64,000 nt of DNA from a virus. Lineage: Duplodnaviria > Heunggongvirae > Uroviricota > Caudoviricetes. The stretch covers positions 14,564 to 78,563 of the IMG/VR virus record IMGVR_UViG_2595698353_000001. One strand, 5' to 3'. The first letter of the stretch is position 1. Every line of letters begins with the position of its first letter. A program made the translations under genes and the position numbers. The notes under the pieces were generated by a model. It did not search any database. It saw nothing but the letters and a program-made list of their open reading frames with translations, and was not told the origin of the DNA. Positions 53,106-61,904 of this stretch are shown piece after piece.

Positions 53106-53309
53106 ATGCAGGGCATCACAAGGCAGTCCGAGTACTACCTCGACAATCATCGCGAGGCGTCGGCCAAGATCTGCGCCGCGTGCGGTGACGTCTCTCCGCT
53201 ACGGCTGCACGCGGGCCTCGGCTCGTACCTGTGCACGCCGTGCACGGACGTCGCCACCGAGATCGAGAAGCTCGGCAGTTCCGGGCCTTCCGTCGGCACG
53301 TTCAGCTAA
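53106..53309 (+). CDS. small CxxC protein
   Basis: CAACG...LCTPC; fills the tube-chaperone gap; weak RBS. Confidence 0.5.
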   Translation: MQGITRQSEYYLDNHREASAKICAACGDVSPLRLHAGLGSYLCTPCTDVATEIEKLGSSGPSVGTFS

Positions 53310-53330
53310 CCACCAGTTCAAGGAGCCGCA

Positions 53331-53855
53331 GTGACATACCCCAACAGCGAGGACGAGGGCATCTTCGACCTTCCGAGCCCGGATGCACCTCCGGCCGCCG
53401 GTATTCCGGTGGACCCGGCCCCGGTGCCCACCGAGCCGGAGGCCGAGGAGCAGCCCGCCGTCGAGTTCACGCCGGAGGAGGTCCGCACCTTCTCTTCGCT
53501 GCTCACCGTCGGCGCGTCGGTCAAGCACCACACGGTGCTCGGGCACGACGTGCTGCTCGCGACCCCGTCGGTCGACGATGAGCTGCGGATCGCCTTGTTC
53601 ACCAAGGAGTTCCGGGACTCTGAGGGGTATGTCCGCGCCTTCCAGACCGGCGTCGTCGCGGCGGCCATCCGGGAGATCGACGGCGAGCCCTTCACGCTGG
53701 CCGCGCTGGTCCCGGAGACCCCCGACGAGCTCTTCGCGCGCAGGGTCGAGAAGGCCCGGAAGATGTATCCGCTGTCCATCTCGATGCTCTACCAGCGCGT
53801 GATCGACATGGAGCAGCAGTACGCGGAGATGGCCCACAAGCTGGGAAAACTGTAA
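53331..53855 (+). CDS. tail assembly chaperone (short form)
   Basis: Between tube and tape measure; ends at G-GGA-AAA slippery site. Confidence 0.8.
   Translation: MTYPNSEDEGIFDLPSPDAPPAAGIPVDPAPVPTEPEAEEQPAVEFTPEEVRTFSSLLTVGASVKHHTVLGHDVLLATPSVDDELRIALFTKEFRDSEGYVRAFQTGVVAAAIREIDGEPFTLAALVPETPDELFARRVEKARKMYPLSISMLYQRVIDMEQQYAEMAHKLGKL
53843..53849 (+). other. -1 programmed frameshift site GGGAAAA
   Basis: The -1 frame AAA-ACT-GTA-AGG-CTG-GAC-GCC-TCC runs into ATG 53870 without a stop. Confidence 0.85.
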
Positions 53856-53869
53856 GGCTGGACGCCTCC

Positions 53870-54211
53870 ATGGACCTGGAGGTCCGTCTGGCCTACGAGA
53901 GTGGACACCTGCGCGGCCCGGCGCGCAACGTCTTCCAGCGTTGGGCGCTCACGTACTACATCGTGACGATGCACCGGGAGGAGCGGGAGCTCGCGGACCG
54001 CAACATCCGCCAGCTGACGCTTTCCATTGCGCCGCAGCGGTTTGCGGAGATGTACCTCGAGGACGGGGCCACGGACGGCCTGCTGCCCGACGAGGAGCAC
54101 ATCACTGCGGACGAGCTCGGCGAGTTCGACCGGTGGTTCCAGTCGCTGCAGGAGAAGCGTGAGATCGGGGCGAACGAAGTCCCGAAGGATGATTGGGGAC
54201 CTTGGCAATGA
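53870..54211 (+). CDS. C-terminal part of frameshifted tail assembly chaperone
   Basis: No RBS of its own; in the -1 frame of 53331. Confidence 0.75.
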   Translation: MDLEVRLAYESGHLRGPARNVFQRWALTYYIVTMHREERELADRNIRQLTLSIAPQRFAEMYLEDGATDGLLPDEEHITADELGEFDRWFQSLQEKREIGANEVPKDDWGPWQ

Positions 54212-56757
54212 CGACTCCGCCTGGCGGCCAGTTCAACTACTCGGAAGACACCGTCGTCGCCCGCGTCGCCGTCGACCTGCCCAGCGGGTCGGCGGACGCG
54301 TTCTCGCGGCTGAGCCTCGAGTCCGAGAAGCTAGCCACGAACCTCCAGGCCGTCGCGCGCGCGCAGGGCGACTACGTCGCGTACCTGCGTGAGCTCCCCC
54401 AGATCCAGCAGTCGGTGAACTCGGCTCAGCACGAGTATGAGATGTCGCTCGCGCGGACGGCGGAACACGCCGAACGGATCGCGCGCGCTGGCGGCATAGT
54501 GCCGACGGCTGGCGGACTCAGCGGCGTCGGCGGCATGAGCCCCGGCGGCCTGATCCTGCCAGGCCAGTACGGCGGTGGCGGCGCGGCCTACGGCTACGGC
54601 AACGGCGGCATGGCCGCGCCGACCCTCGTCAACCCGTTCGGCATCGGCGGCATCGGGATGGGGATCGGCGGCGCGGCCGCCGTGACGAACCCGGCTGCAG
54701 GAGCAACGAACCCGGGCTCGGTCGCCGCCACGGCCGCGCACGTTGCCGCCGTCATCGCGATGATGAACCCGTCGATGGTCGCGAACATGCGGGCACAGCG
54801 CGGACAGGCGGACGACGCCGCGCGCGACAGTGACGTCGCGGCCCCACCGCAGCCGTCCGACGACGAGGTTCTCGACCCCGACGACATCATGCCTCCGCGT
54901 GGATCTCGGGCCGCCAGGATGGCGCGAGCGAGCATGTACGCCAACCACGGCGTCGGCCTGGCCAACGACGTGCTCGGCGAGATGGGCGCGGGCGGACAGG
55001 GCAGCGTGATGCGGGGTGCCACGCGCGCCGTGGGCCGCCTCGGAATGATGCAGACGGCCGGACTGCTCGGGCGTGGCCTTGGGGCCGGTGCCGGGGCAGC
55101 TGGTGCCGGTGGAGCCGCAGGAGCGGCCGGAGCGGCTATCGCTCCGATCGCCGTCGGCGCGGCAGCACTCGGCGCGGGCGTCGCCGCCTACGGTCTCGTC
55201 CAGCGCGGCGGCCAGGTGGTCCAGAGCCTGAAGAACGTCGGCAACATGTACGACCAGGGCATCAGCGGCGGCGTCGAGCACGAGATGCAGGTCCGCTTCA
55301 TGGCCATGTCGCCGTTCCTGTCGACCGAGCAGTCCCGCCAGGTGATCATGGGCGCGATGTCGTCCGGCTACTCCGGCGGCAAGACGTTCGACACGGTCAC
55401 GAAGTTCATGACCGACAACCTCAAGGACATGTCGGTCGGCGTCAACGAGAGCATGGAGCTGATGCGCACGAACGTGCAGCGCGGCGGCCAGTCGATCGAG
55501 TCGCTGAGCAACCAGCTGTACGGACTCAAGGAGATCGCGGGCCAGGACGGCAGTATGGTCACCACCCAGCAGCTGGCGCGGAACTACGGCCAGGTGGCCA
55601 ACTCGCTCGTCGGCATGGGCGCGAGCGGCAACGTCGTCGGCGAGGTCGGATCCGTCGTCAGCTCGCTCGGCATCAAGGACAAGGCGCTCAACGAGGCGCT
55701 GGTCGGCTCGATGTCGGCGTCCGTCAATAGTCCTGCAGTCCAGGCGCTCGCGCTGCACGAGCTCCAGCAGAGCCCGGGCGGCGAGCGCTACCAGGGGCTC
55801 CCGGCCGGTGCGGTGTTCTCCGCGATGTCGGACGACCCCAGCATGACCGGCGAGCGCATGGCTTCGCTCTGGGGCTCGGGCTACCAGAAGGCGTTCGACC
55901 AGACGTACAGCTCCGGCCGCTTCCGTGACCCCGAGAAGATGTCCGAGGACGCCTTCTACTTCTGGCGGAACCTCCAGTCGATGGGCGTCAACGTCGATCA
56001 GGGGGCGGCCGAGAAGATCGCCCGCCAGATGATGGAGAACGGCGGCAGCTACTCGCAGTTCGTCGGCACGCAGGCTCAGGCGAACCGTGAGTCGAACGGC
56101 ACTATCCGCGACCAGCTCAGCGGTGGCGGCTGGAAGGCCGTCCGGCGGGCTGGTCTCGGCCCGATCAGCCTCAACGGCGCGAACGGCGTCGTGAACGGAG
56201 TTGTGAACGGCCTCGGCGTCGCTGGAGCCGCGATCGGCGGTGTCTTCAGCAAGTTCAATCCGTTCCACAAGGGCGACAACTGGGAGGGCCTGAAGGTCGC
56301 AGCCAACAAGACGAAGGGCGACTGGGACAACGACTTCGACGGCCAGTACACCACCGACTGGCTGGACCAGTGGACCCGGCAGCTCGGCGGCGACAACAAG
56401 ATCTGGGTCCAGGACGACAAGGGCAACCTCGACACGCTGCACCGCTCGAACAAGGAGCAGGTGGACAACATCGTCAGCGGCAAGTACAAGATCTCGGCGA
56501 GTCGCGACGGTGGATTCCAGACCTACGAGTCGGCCTACGCCAACGGCCTGGGAAGCCGAGCCAGCGGAACCAACGGCGAGAACAACGGTCTGGCGGGCGA
56601 TGTCGCCGTCCAGATCGACATGACGCCGGAGATGAAGCGCTGGTTCTCTGCGCAGAAGGTCACCACGCCGCACCAGGACAACGTCAACAGCGGCGTCGGC
56701 AACACGTCGCTGAACAACCCCGGCCCGCAGGGCACGACCCCGCCCGGAGGTGGCTGA
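54208..56757 (+). CDS. tape measure protein
   Basis: 849 aa, Gly/Ala-rich helical protein after the chaperones; ATGA coupling. Confidence 0.85.
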   Translation: MTTPPGGQFNYSEDTVVARVAVDLPSGSADAFSRLSLESEKLATNLQAVARAQGDYVAYLRELPQIQQSVNSAQHEYEMSLARTAEHAERIARAGGIVPTAGGLSGVGGMSPGGLILPGQYGGGGAAYGYGNGGMAAPTLVNPFGIGGIGMGIGGAAAVTNPAAGATNPGSVAATAAHVAAVIAMMNPSMVANMRAQRGQADDAARDSDVAAPPQPSDDEVLDPDDIMPPRGSRAARMARASMYANHGVGLANDVLGEMGAGGQGSVMRGATRAVGRLGMMQTAGLLGRGLGAGAGAAGAGGAAGAAGAAIAPIAVGAAALGAGVAAYGLVQRGGQVVQSLKNVGNMYDQGISGGVEHEMQVRFMAMSPFLSTEQSRQVIMGAMSSGYSGGKTFDTVTKFMTDNLKDMSVGVNESMELMRTNVQRGGQSIESLSNQLYGLKEIAGQDGSMVTTQQLARNYGQVANSLVGMGASGNVVGEVGSVVSSLGIKDKALNEALVGSMSASVNSPAVQALALHELQQSPGGERYQGLPAGAVFSAMSDDPSMTGERMASLWGSGYQKAFDQTYSSGRFRDPEKMSEDAFYFWRNLQSMGVNVDQGAAEKIARQMMENGGSYSQFVGTQAQANRESNGTIRDQLSGGGWKAVRRAGLGPISLNGANGVVNGVVNGLGVAGAAIGGVFSKFNPFHKGDNWEGLKVAANKTKGDWDNDFDGQYTTDWLDQWTRQLGGDNKIWVQDDKGNLDTLHRSNKEQVDNIVSGKYKISASRDGGFQTYESAYANGLGSRASGTNGENNGLAGDVAVQIDMTPEMKRWFSAQKVTTPHQDNVNSGVGNTSLNNPGPQGTTPPGGG

Positions 56758-57368
56758 TGGGAATCGCATCGATCACCCACGGAGATAAGGTGTTCCGGTT
56801 CCGCACGGACCCGAACTCGATCCGGTGGACGTACACGGTCAACACCAAGGTCGACGAGACGTACGGCGGCCGCGTGATCCAGATCCTCTCGGTGAAGGTC
56901 GAGAATCTCACAGTCACGGCCGACTGCGGCATGGGTGGCTGGCCGTACATGATGGAGGTCGCCACCCAGTTCCGGGACCTGCTGGTCAACCAGCGCGGCG
57001 GGGCACCGGCTGTATTCAGCTACGCGCCACGGGGATACAAGCTCGGCTGCTACGCGACCGCCATGCCGTTCAAGGACGCCTGGGACGCCGTGGCGCGCGA
57101 GTTCACCATGACGTTCAAGGTGCAGGAGGATATCAGCGGGCTCGTGACCTCGTCGTCGATGTCGGCCGAGCTCGCCCGTCTCAAGGAGGGCATCGGCTTC
57201 GAGCGGAACGGCTACAACTACAACGGCGGTGACGCCACCAAGAACGAGGGCGGCACCCAGCCCGCCGACAAGCCGACGGACCCGAACATCCTCAACAATC
57301 TCGGCGCAGGCCCAATCAATACGGGAACCGGCGGAATCGGCGAGCTACTCACGGGAGGACTGAAGTAA
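56757..57368 (+). CDS. baseplate hub / tube initiator protein
   Basis: FRFRTDPNSI...TYGGRV.Q.LS; follows tape measure. Confidence 0.7.
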   Translation: MGIASITHGDKVFRFRTDPNSIRWTYTVNTKVDETYGGRVIQILSVKVENLTVTADCGMGGWPYMMEVATQFRDLLVNQRGGAPAVFSYAPRGYKLGCYATAMPFKDAWDAVAREFTMTFKVQEDISGLVTSSSMSAELARLKEGIGFERNGYNYNGGDATKNEGGTQPADKPTDPNILNNLGAGPINTGTGGIGELLTGGLK

Positions 57369-57526
57369 TGGCACAGTACGCGTCCAACACCCCTGTCTCG
57401 CGTCCGGTCGATACCGGATACCAGTCCGAGGCCGATCTTGGTGGGCTGCACTGGAATAGCAAGATCGGGCTATTCTACGCGACCCCCGACGAGATGCTGC
57501 CGATCCGGCCGCCGCAGGGGCTCTGA
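57368..57526 (+). CDS. 52-aa hypothetical protein
   Basis: TAATG and TGATG coupling at both ends, GGGAGG RBS; below ORF-track cutoff. Confidence 0.6.
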   Translation: MAQYASNTPVSRPVDTGYQSEADLGGLHWNSKIGLFYATPDEMLPIRPPQGL

Positions 57527-58155
57527 TGGTCGAGCTGCTGAGGGTGAGCTCTCCCGCTGGCGGGAAGATGGACTGGAAGGTCACCCAGTTCACCTCGCCG
57601 CTCACCGGCACCATCATGTCGGCGCAGCTGCGTGACCTCGAGTCGCACTACCCGATCAAGGCCTCGCAGCAGATGCTCGAGCTGCAGCTGCAGACGTCGA
57701 GCGTCCAGGAGATGCACGACATCCAGGACTTCATCCGGCGCACGCAGGTGGGGGCACTCGGGGAGTCGGCTCCGCTCATGACAATGTGGTGGCCGGTACG
57801 CAACATCGAGAACTGGACCGGGATCCCGATGACGGTGCAGGCCGGTGGCGAGCGGTTCATCCAGGCCGCCACGATGAACGTCCGCGTGCAGCTGGTGGAC
57901 TCGCTGATCTCTGAGCGGACCTTCACCTCGTCCAGCGGCTCGCCGTACGAGAACATCGTCGGCACCCTGATCAAGGACTCGCTGTTCGGCAACGGGAAGC
58001 CCAAGGACGACACGTCCGGGTTCGTGCCGCCCGCTCAGCCGAACGGGCCGTCGTACAACCCGCCGCCGAAGCTCCCGACCCCACCGGGGTGGAAGGAGCC
58101 GACCGGAAACCCGTCCGGCGGCTGGAAGCCGCAGGGCGACTGGACCACGAAGTAA
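57526..58155 (+). CDS. baseplate/minor tail protein
   Basis: Position; Pro-rich C-terminus. Confidence 0.65.
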   Translation: MVELLRVSSPAGGKMDWKVTQFTSPLTGTIMSAQLRDLESHYPIKASQQMLELQLQTSSVQEMHDIQDFIRRTQVGALGESAPLMTMWWPVRNIENWTGIPMTVQAGGERFIQAATMNVRVQLVDSLISERTFTSSSGSPYENIVGTLIKDSLFGNGKPKDDTSGFVPPAQPNGPSYNPPPKLPTPPGWKEPTGNPSGGWKPQGDWTTK

Positions 58156-58167
58156 CGAGAGGCGACG

Positions 58168-60588
58168 ATGTCGTTCAAGACCCTGGTCTACAGCCCCCAG
58201 GTGCGGATCACGATCGCGCACAACGGGGTCGAGTATGACGTGAGCAAGGACCTGGTGCGCGGCACGCTCATGCGCAAGTCGAACGCCGTCTCGACGATGG
58301 TGTTCACGCTGGCCAACCGGGATCTGCGCTACACCTCACGGGACAACCCGAACGGCATCCGCTTCTCGCGCATGGACCGAATCAGCGTGTACATGAAGCG
58401 GTTCCACTGGATCCAGGTGTTCAGCGGCTACCTCGACTCGGTGCCGCTCCTGCAGATGTACCCGGGCACCGTCGACTTCCGGGCCTCGTGCACCCTGAAG
58501 CGCCTGCTACACACGTACTGGAACCCGGGCCGCCCCGCGTCGTACGACCTGATGAACCAGTCGCTCTACCAAACCAACGCAGACGGCACGCCCGCCCTCG
58601 ACACCGGCCTGGGCGGCATGCTGCGCGCGATCCTGGAGAAGGTCGGTAACTTCGACCCGAAGCAGATCAAGATCGGCGAGATCCCTGCTGGCTTCGCCGA
58701 TTTCGTCGCCGAGGGCGTGAAGAACTCCGGGGCCGACCCCAACCTCACCGAACTCAAGCGCCTGTTCGGCTACGACGACGCCGTCAGTGGCGGCAACGTG
58801 GGCGAGATCGGTGCTCCGGCCGCCGGGTCCTATACGGACCAGGAGATCTACGCGATCGTGACGCAGGCCGGTATCACCGGCGAGAACGCGATCATCGCGA
58901 CGGCGATCTGCCTCGCCGAGTCCGGCGGCAACCCGAAGGCCGTCAGCCCGCCGAACGACAACGGCACGATCGACAAGGGCCTCTGGCAGATCAACACGCC
59001 GCTGCACGACGCCAAGCTGCCCGGCCAGGACCGGCTCGACCCCGCCGTCAGCACCAAGCTGATGATGATGATCTCGAACAACGGCACGAACTGGCAGCCG
59101 TGGTCGACCTACTCGTACCACGGGACGTACACCGATTTCCTGGATCGGGCGCGCGCAGCGGCGGCGGCCCCGCCGGTCCAGGTCCCGGCGGGCAACCCGG
59201 GCACCAGTGTGCCCGGATCCGGCGTGAAGAACCCGCTCCCGGGTCCGGTGACGCCGCTGAATCCCACACCGCAGTCGCCGGATAAGCCGAAGACCAGTGG
59301 CGGCGTCAAGCCGAACCCGGACTCCGAGGCGGCGGTGCAGCGCGCGATGACCCACATCGGCGACCCCTACGTCTGGGGCGCGAACGGGCCGAGCAGCTGG
59401 GACTGCTCGAGCCTCACGCAGGACGCCTACCGTGTCGGCTGCGGTATCGAGATCGGCCGCACGACGTACGACCAGGCGCAGACCGGACGCCGGATCTCGG
59501 TGTCCCAGATGCAGCGCGGAGACCTCATCCAGGAGCACTCGGGCCACACCGGAATCTACATGGGCGACAACATGTTCCTGCATGCCCCGACCGAGGGCCA
59601 GAACGTCAAGATCCAGCCGATTTGGTGGAACCTGGAGCAGTCGTACGGCATCTTCCACTACGCCGACAACGGCGGCTACGACCCGGACGCGATGCCCTCG
59701 AACCCGAACGGCGGGACGGGCACGGCGGCGAACAACGGCAACCGGCTGGCAAAGAACCTCTTCACGTGGATCTTCAGGCCGGAGGCGTTCATCAACGATA
59801 TGGTGAACACGCTCACTGGCGAAGTTTCCCTGATGGCGAACGAGCCGCTGATGCAGATCGTCCAGTCGATCACGACGGCCGGGATGCGGCACTTCAGCTC
59901 CGCGCCGAACGGCGACTTCCTCGCGTGGTACCCGGACTACTTCGGCATCAACAACTCCCAGGCCGTCCTTAACCTCGAGGACATCGAGATGCAGGACGTC
60001 CGGATCAACTTCTCGGACGACCAGCTGGCCACCCACGTCTTCGTCGCGGGCTCGATGACCAACGTCAATCAGCCGATCGATTACGCCGGGTGGATGAAGT
60101 CTGCCGGTCTGGCCACGGTCGACACGGAGTGGCTGTACAAGCGCATGATCGCGTACTCGCCGGGACTGTCCGACAACATGTCGGCCAAGGACCTCCTCGG
60201 TGTCTACGGCATGCGTCCGCACTCGCAGGCGTACTCAAACGTGTATGGACAGGAGATGGAGCTCATGCTCGCGGTGCAGCTGTTCATGCAGAAGTGGGCC
60301 GAGCAGTACAACACCCAGATCCAGCTGACCTTCATGCCCGAGCTCTTCCCTGGCATGCGGATCAACCTCGTCGGCCACGCCCTCCAGGTGTACGTCTCCG
60401 AGGTCACGCACAACTTCGACTACGCAACCGGATTCACCACCAACGCGGTGATCTCGTCGCCGTCCAACCCGGGGGGTGGCGTGCTGGCCCGCCAGGACGC
60501 CGACGCCATGACCGTCGAGCAGATCATTCGACAGCAGCGGGCTCGCGGGGATGACGGATACACGGGAGAGGTCAAGGTGCCGGGATGA
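58168..60588 (+). CDS. baseplate hub with lytic transglycosylase and NlpC/P60 domains
   Basis: AICLAESGGNPKA...DKGLWQIN (SLT-like); GDPYVWGA.GPSSWDCSSL...HTGIY.G...LHAP (NlpC/P60); C-terminal PELFPGMRI hub motif. Confidence 0.9.
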   Translation: MSFKTLVYSPQVRITIAHNGVEYDVSKDLVRGTLMRKSNAVSTMVFTLANRDLRYTSRDNPNGIRFSRMDRISVYMKRFHWIQVFSGYLDSVPLLQMYPGTVDFRASCTLKRLLHTYWNPGRPASYDLMNQSLYQTNADGTPALDTGLGGMLRAILEKVGNFDPKQIKIGEIPAGFADFVAEGVKNSGADPNLTELKRLFGYDDAVSGGNVGEIGAPAAGSYTDQEIYAIVTQAGITGENAIIATAICLAESGGNPKAVSPPNDNGTIDKGLWQINTPLHDAKLPGQDRLDPAVSTKLMMMISNNGTNWQPWSTYSYHGTYTDFLDRARAAAAAPPVQVPAGNPGTSVPGSGVKNPLPGPVTPLNPTPQSPDKPKTSGGVKPNPDSEAAVQRAMTHIGDPYVWGANGPSSWDCSSLTQDAYRVGCGIEIGRTTYDQAQTGRRISVSQMQRGDLIQEHSGHTGIYMGDNMFLHAPTEGQNVKIQPIWWNLEQSYGIFHYADNGGYDPDAMPSNPNGGTGTAANNGNRLAKNLFTWIFRPEAFINDMVNTLTGEVSLMANEPLMQIVQSITTAGMRHFSSAPNGDFLAWYPDYFGINNSQAVLNLEDIEMQDVRINFSDDQLATHVFVAGSMTNVNQPIDYAGWMKSAGLATVDTEWLYKRMIAYSPGLSDNMSAKDLLGVYGMRPHSQAYSNVYGQEMELMLAVQLFMQKWAEQYNTQIQLTFMPELFPGMRINLVGHALQVYVSEVTHNFDYATGFTTNAVISSPSNPGGGVLARQDADAMTVEQIIRQQRARGDDGYTGEVKVPG

Positions 60589-61424
60589 CGAGCTACTCCA
60601 ACTCTGCGTCGCAGACGTCCAATCACGTTCCGGCGCAGATTTTGTCGGTCAACGTCGACCTCATGATCGTCGAGGTGGGCACGCGCGGGAACAGCAAGCT
60701 GAACGTCGCGCTGGGCTACCAGTCCGGCAACACGCTGATCATCCCTACCGTCGGCGAGCAGTGGCTCATCGAGCGCGCACAGAACGAGTGGCGTCTGGTG
60801 TCGCGACTGCCCTACCAGGACGAGAAGATGAATGCTCCGCTCTACCCGGGCAGCACCTACATCGGCTCGAGGGGGCCGACGTTCATCCACGGCGAGGGGC
60901 TCGTTGTGCCGTCCGCCGCGCTGGTGCTCGGCGACATCGCAGGAGACGACGCCGTCACCGTCACGGCGGACGAGCAGGGCAACCTGGCGACGTACGGGCG
61001 CGGCCACTCCGGCCGGGTCGGCCCGAAGTCGGCGACCGTGCCGCACAGCGCGAGCCTGGTGCACACCGGCGCGGGCGTTCGCACCATCGGGCTTGGCTCC
61101 GGCGTCAATCTCGATGGCGTCCCGGTGGGGGCTATGCACGCCACGACCCTGGTCTACATCTTCGGCACCCCCGACATCGCCTCCTCCGGCACCGCGACGG
61201 TGGTCCGACTGCTGCGCAACGGGCAGATCGTGCCCGGCAGCGAGCTGACCTTCCCTGTCTCGCTCCAGCTCCCAACCCTGGCTGCGCGCACCACCACCCT
61301 GGACGTGACCTTCGCCGGGACCGACCTGCTGCAGATCGAGATGCCGTCGGGTCCGGGCAACCTGTCGGGCCAGCGCCTGAGCGCAATGCTCGTCGGCACG
61401 AAGGCAGTGGCGCTCGCTTGGTGA
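60585..61424 (+). CDS. baseplate spike / puncturing protein
   Basis: N-terminal OB-like IP.VGEQWLIER; follows hub. Confidence 0.6.
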   Translation: MTSYSNSASQTSNHVPAQILSVNVDLMIVEVGTRGNSKLNVALGYQSGNTLIIPTVGEQWLIERAQNEWRLVSRLPYQDEKMNAPLYPGSTYIGSRGPTFIHGEGLVVPSAALVLGDIAGDDAVTVTADEQGNLATYGRGHSGRVGPKSATVPHSASLVHTGAGVRTIGLGSGVNLDGVPVGAMHATTLVYIFGTPDIASSGTATVVRLLRNGQIVPGSELTFPVSLQLPTLAARTTTLDVTFAGTDLLQIEMPSGPGNLSGQRLSAMLVGTKAVALAW

Positions 61425-61476
61425 TGCGGTACGCACCCCAGGTCGCACGTAAATACCGAGACCGGGAGGTGCAGAG

Positions 61477-61893
61477 GTGAGTTTCAGTCTGGCGATTGCC
61501 GACGGCGATCTGGCGCTGCTCGGCAGCTCCGTGCGCGTGGTGTCCGGCACCGACAAGCTGGCGCAGGATCTGTCGATCTGGCTGCGCGAGCGCTACGGCA
61601 GCGACCGGTTCCACCGGAACTACGGCTCGATCCTCGACTCGTACATCGGCTCGGTCATCGGCCGGACCACCGAGTCCGAGGTGCGCGCGGAGATCCTGCG
61701 CGTGCTGCAGAACTACCAGGCGCTGCAGTACCGCCGACTGCGGGAGGAGCCGGGACGCATCTCGCCGTCCGAGATCCTGCTCGAGGTCCTGGAGGTCCGG
61801 GTCGCCACGAGCTACGACGCCGTCATGGCCACGGTGCGACTCCGTACCGCCGACCAGTACGAGTCCATCATCAACGTCGGCACCCACCTGTAG
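61477..61893 (+). CDS. baseplate wedge protein (gp25-like)
   Basis: G.DKL.QDL..WL.E..GSD.FH..YGS.L..YIG. Confidence 0.8.
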   Translation: MSFSLAIADGDLALLGSSVRVVSGTDKLAQDLSIWLRERYGSDRFHRNYGSILDSYIGSVIGRTTESEVRAEILRVLQNYQALQYRRLREEPGRISPSEILLEVLEVRVATSYDAVMATVRLRTADQYESIINVGTHL

Positions 61894-61904
61894 GAGTCAG
61901 CCCC

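Noticed and set aside
55731-55740. CGTCAATAGT inside the tape measure gene
   Set aside because: Matches the TCAATAG core but lies mid-gene with no nearby RBS or start; treated as chance
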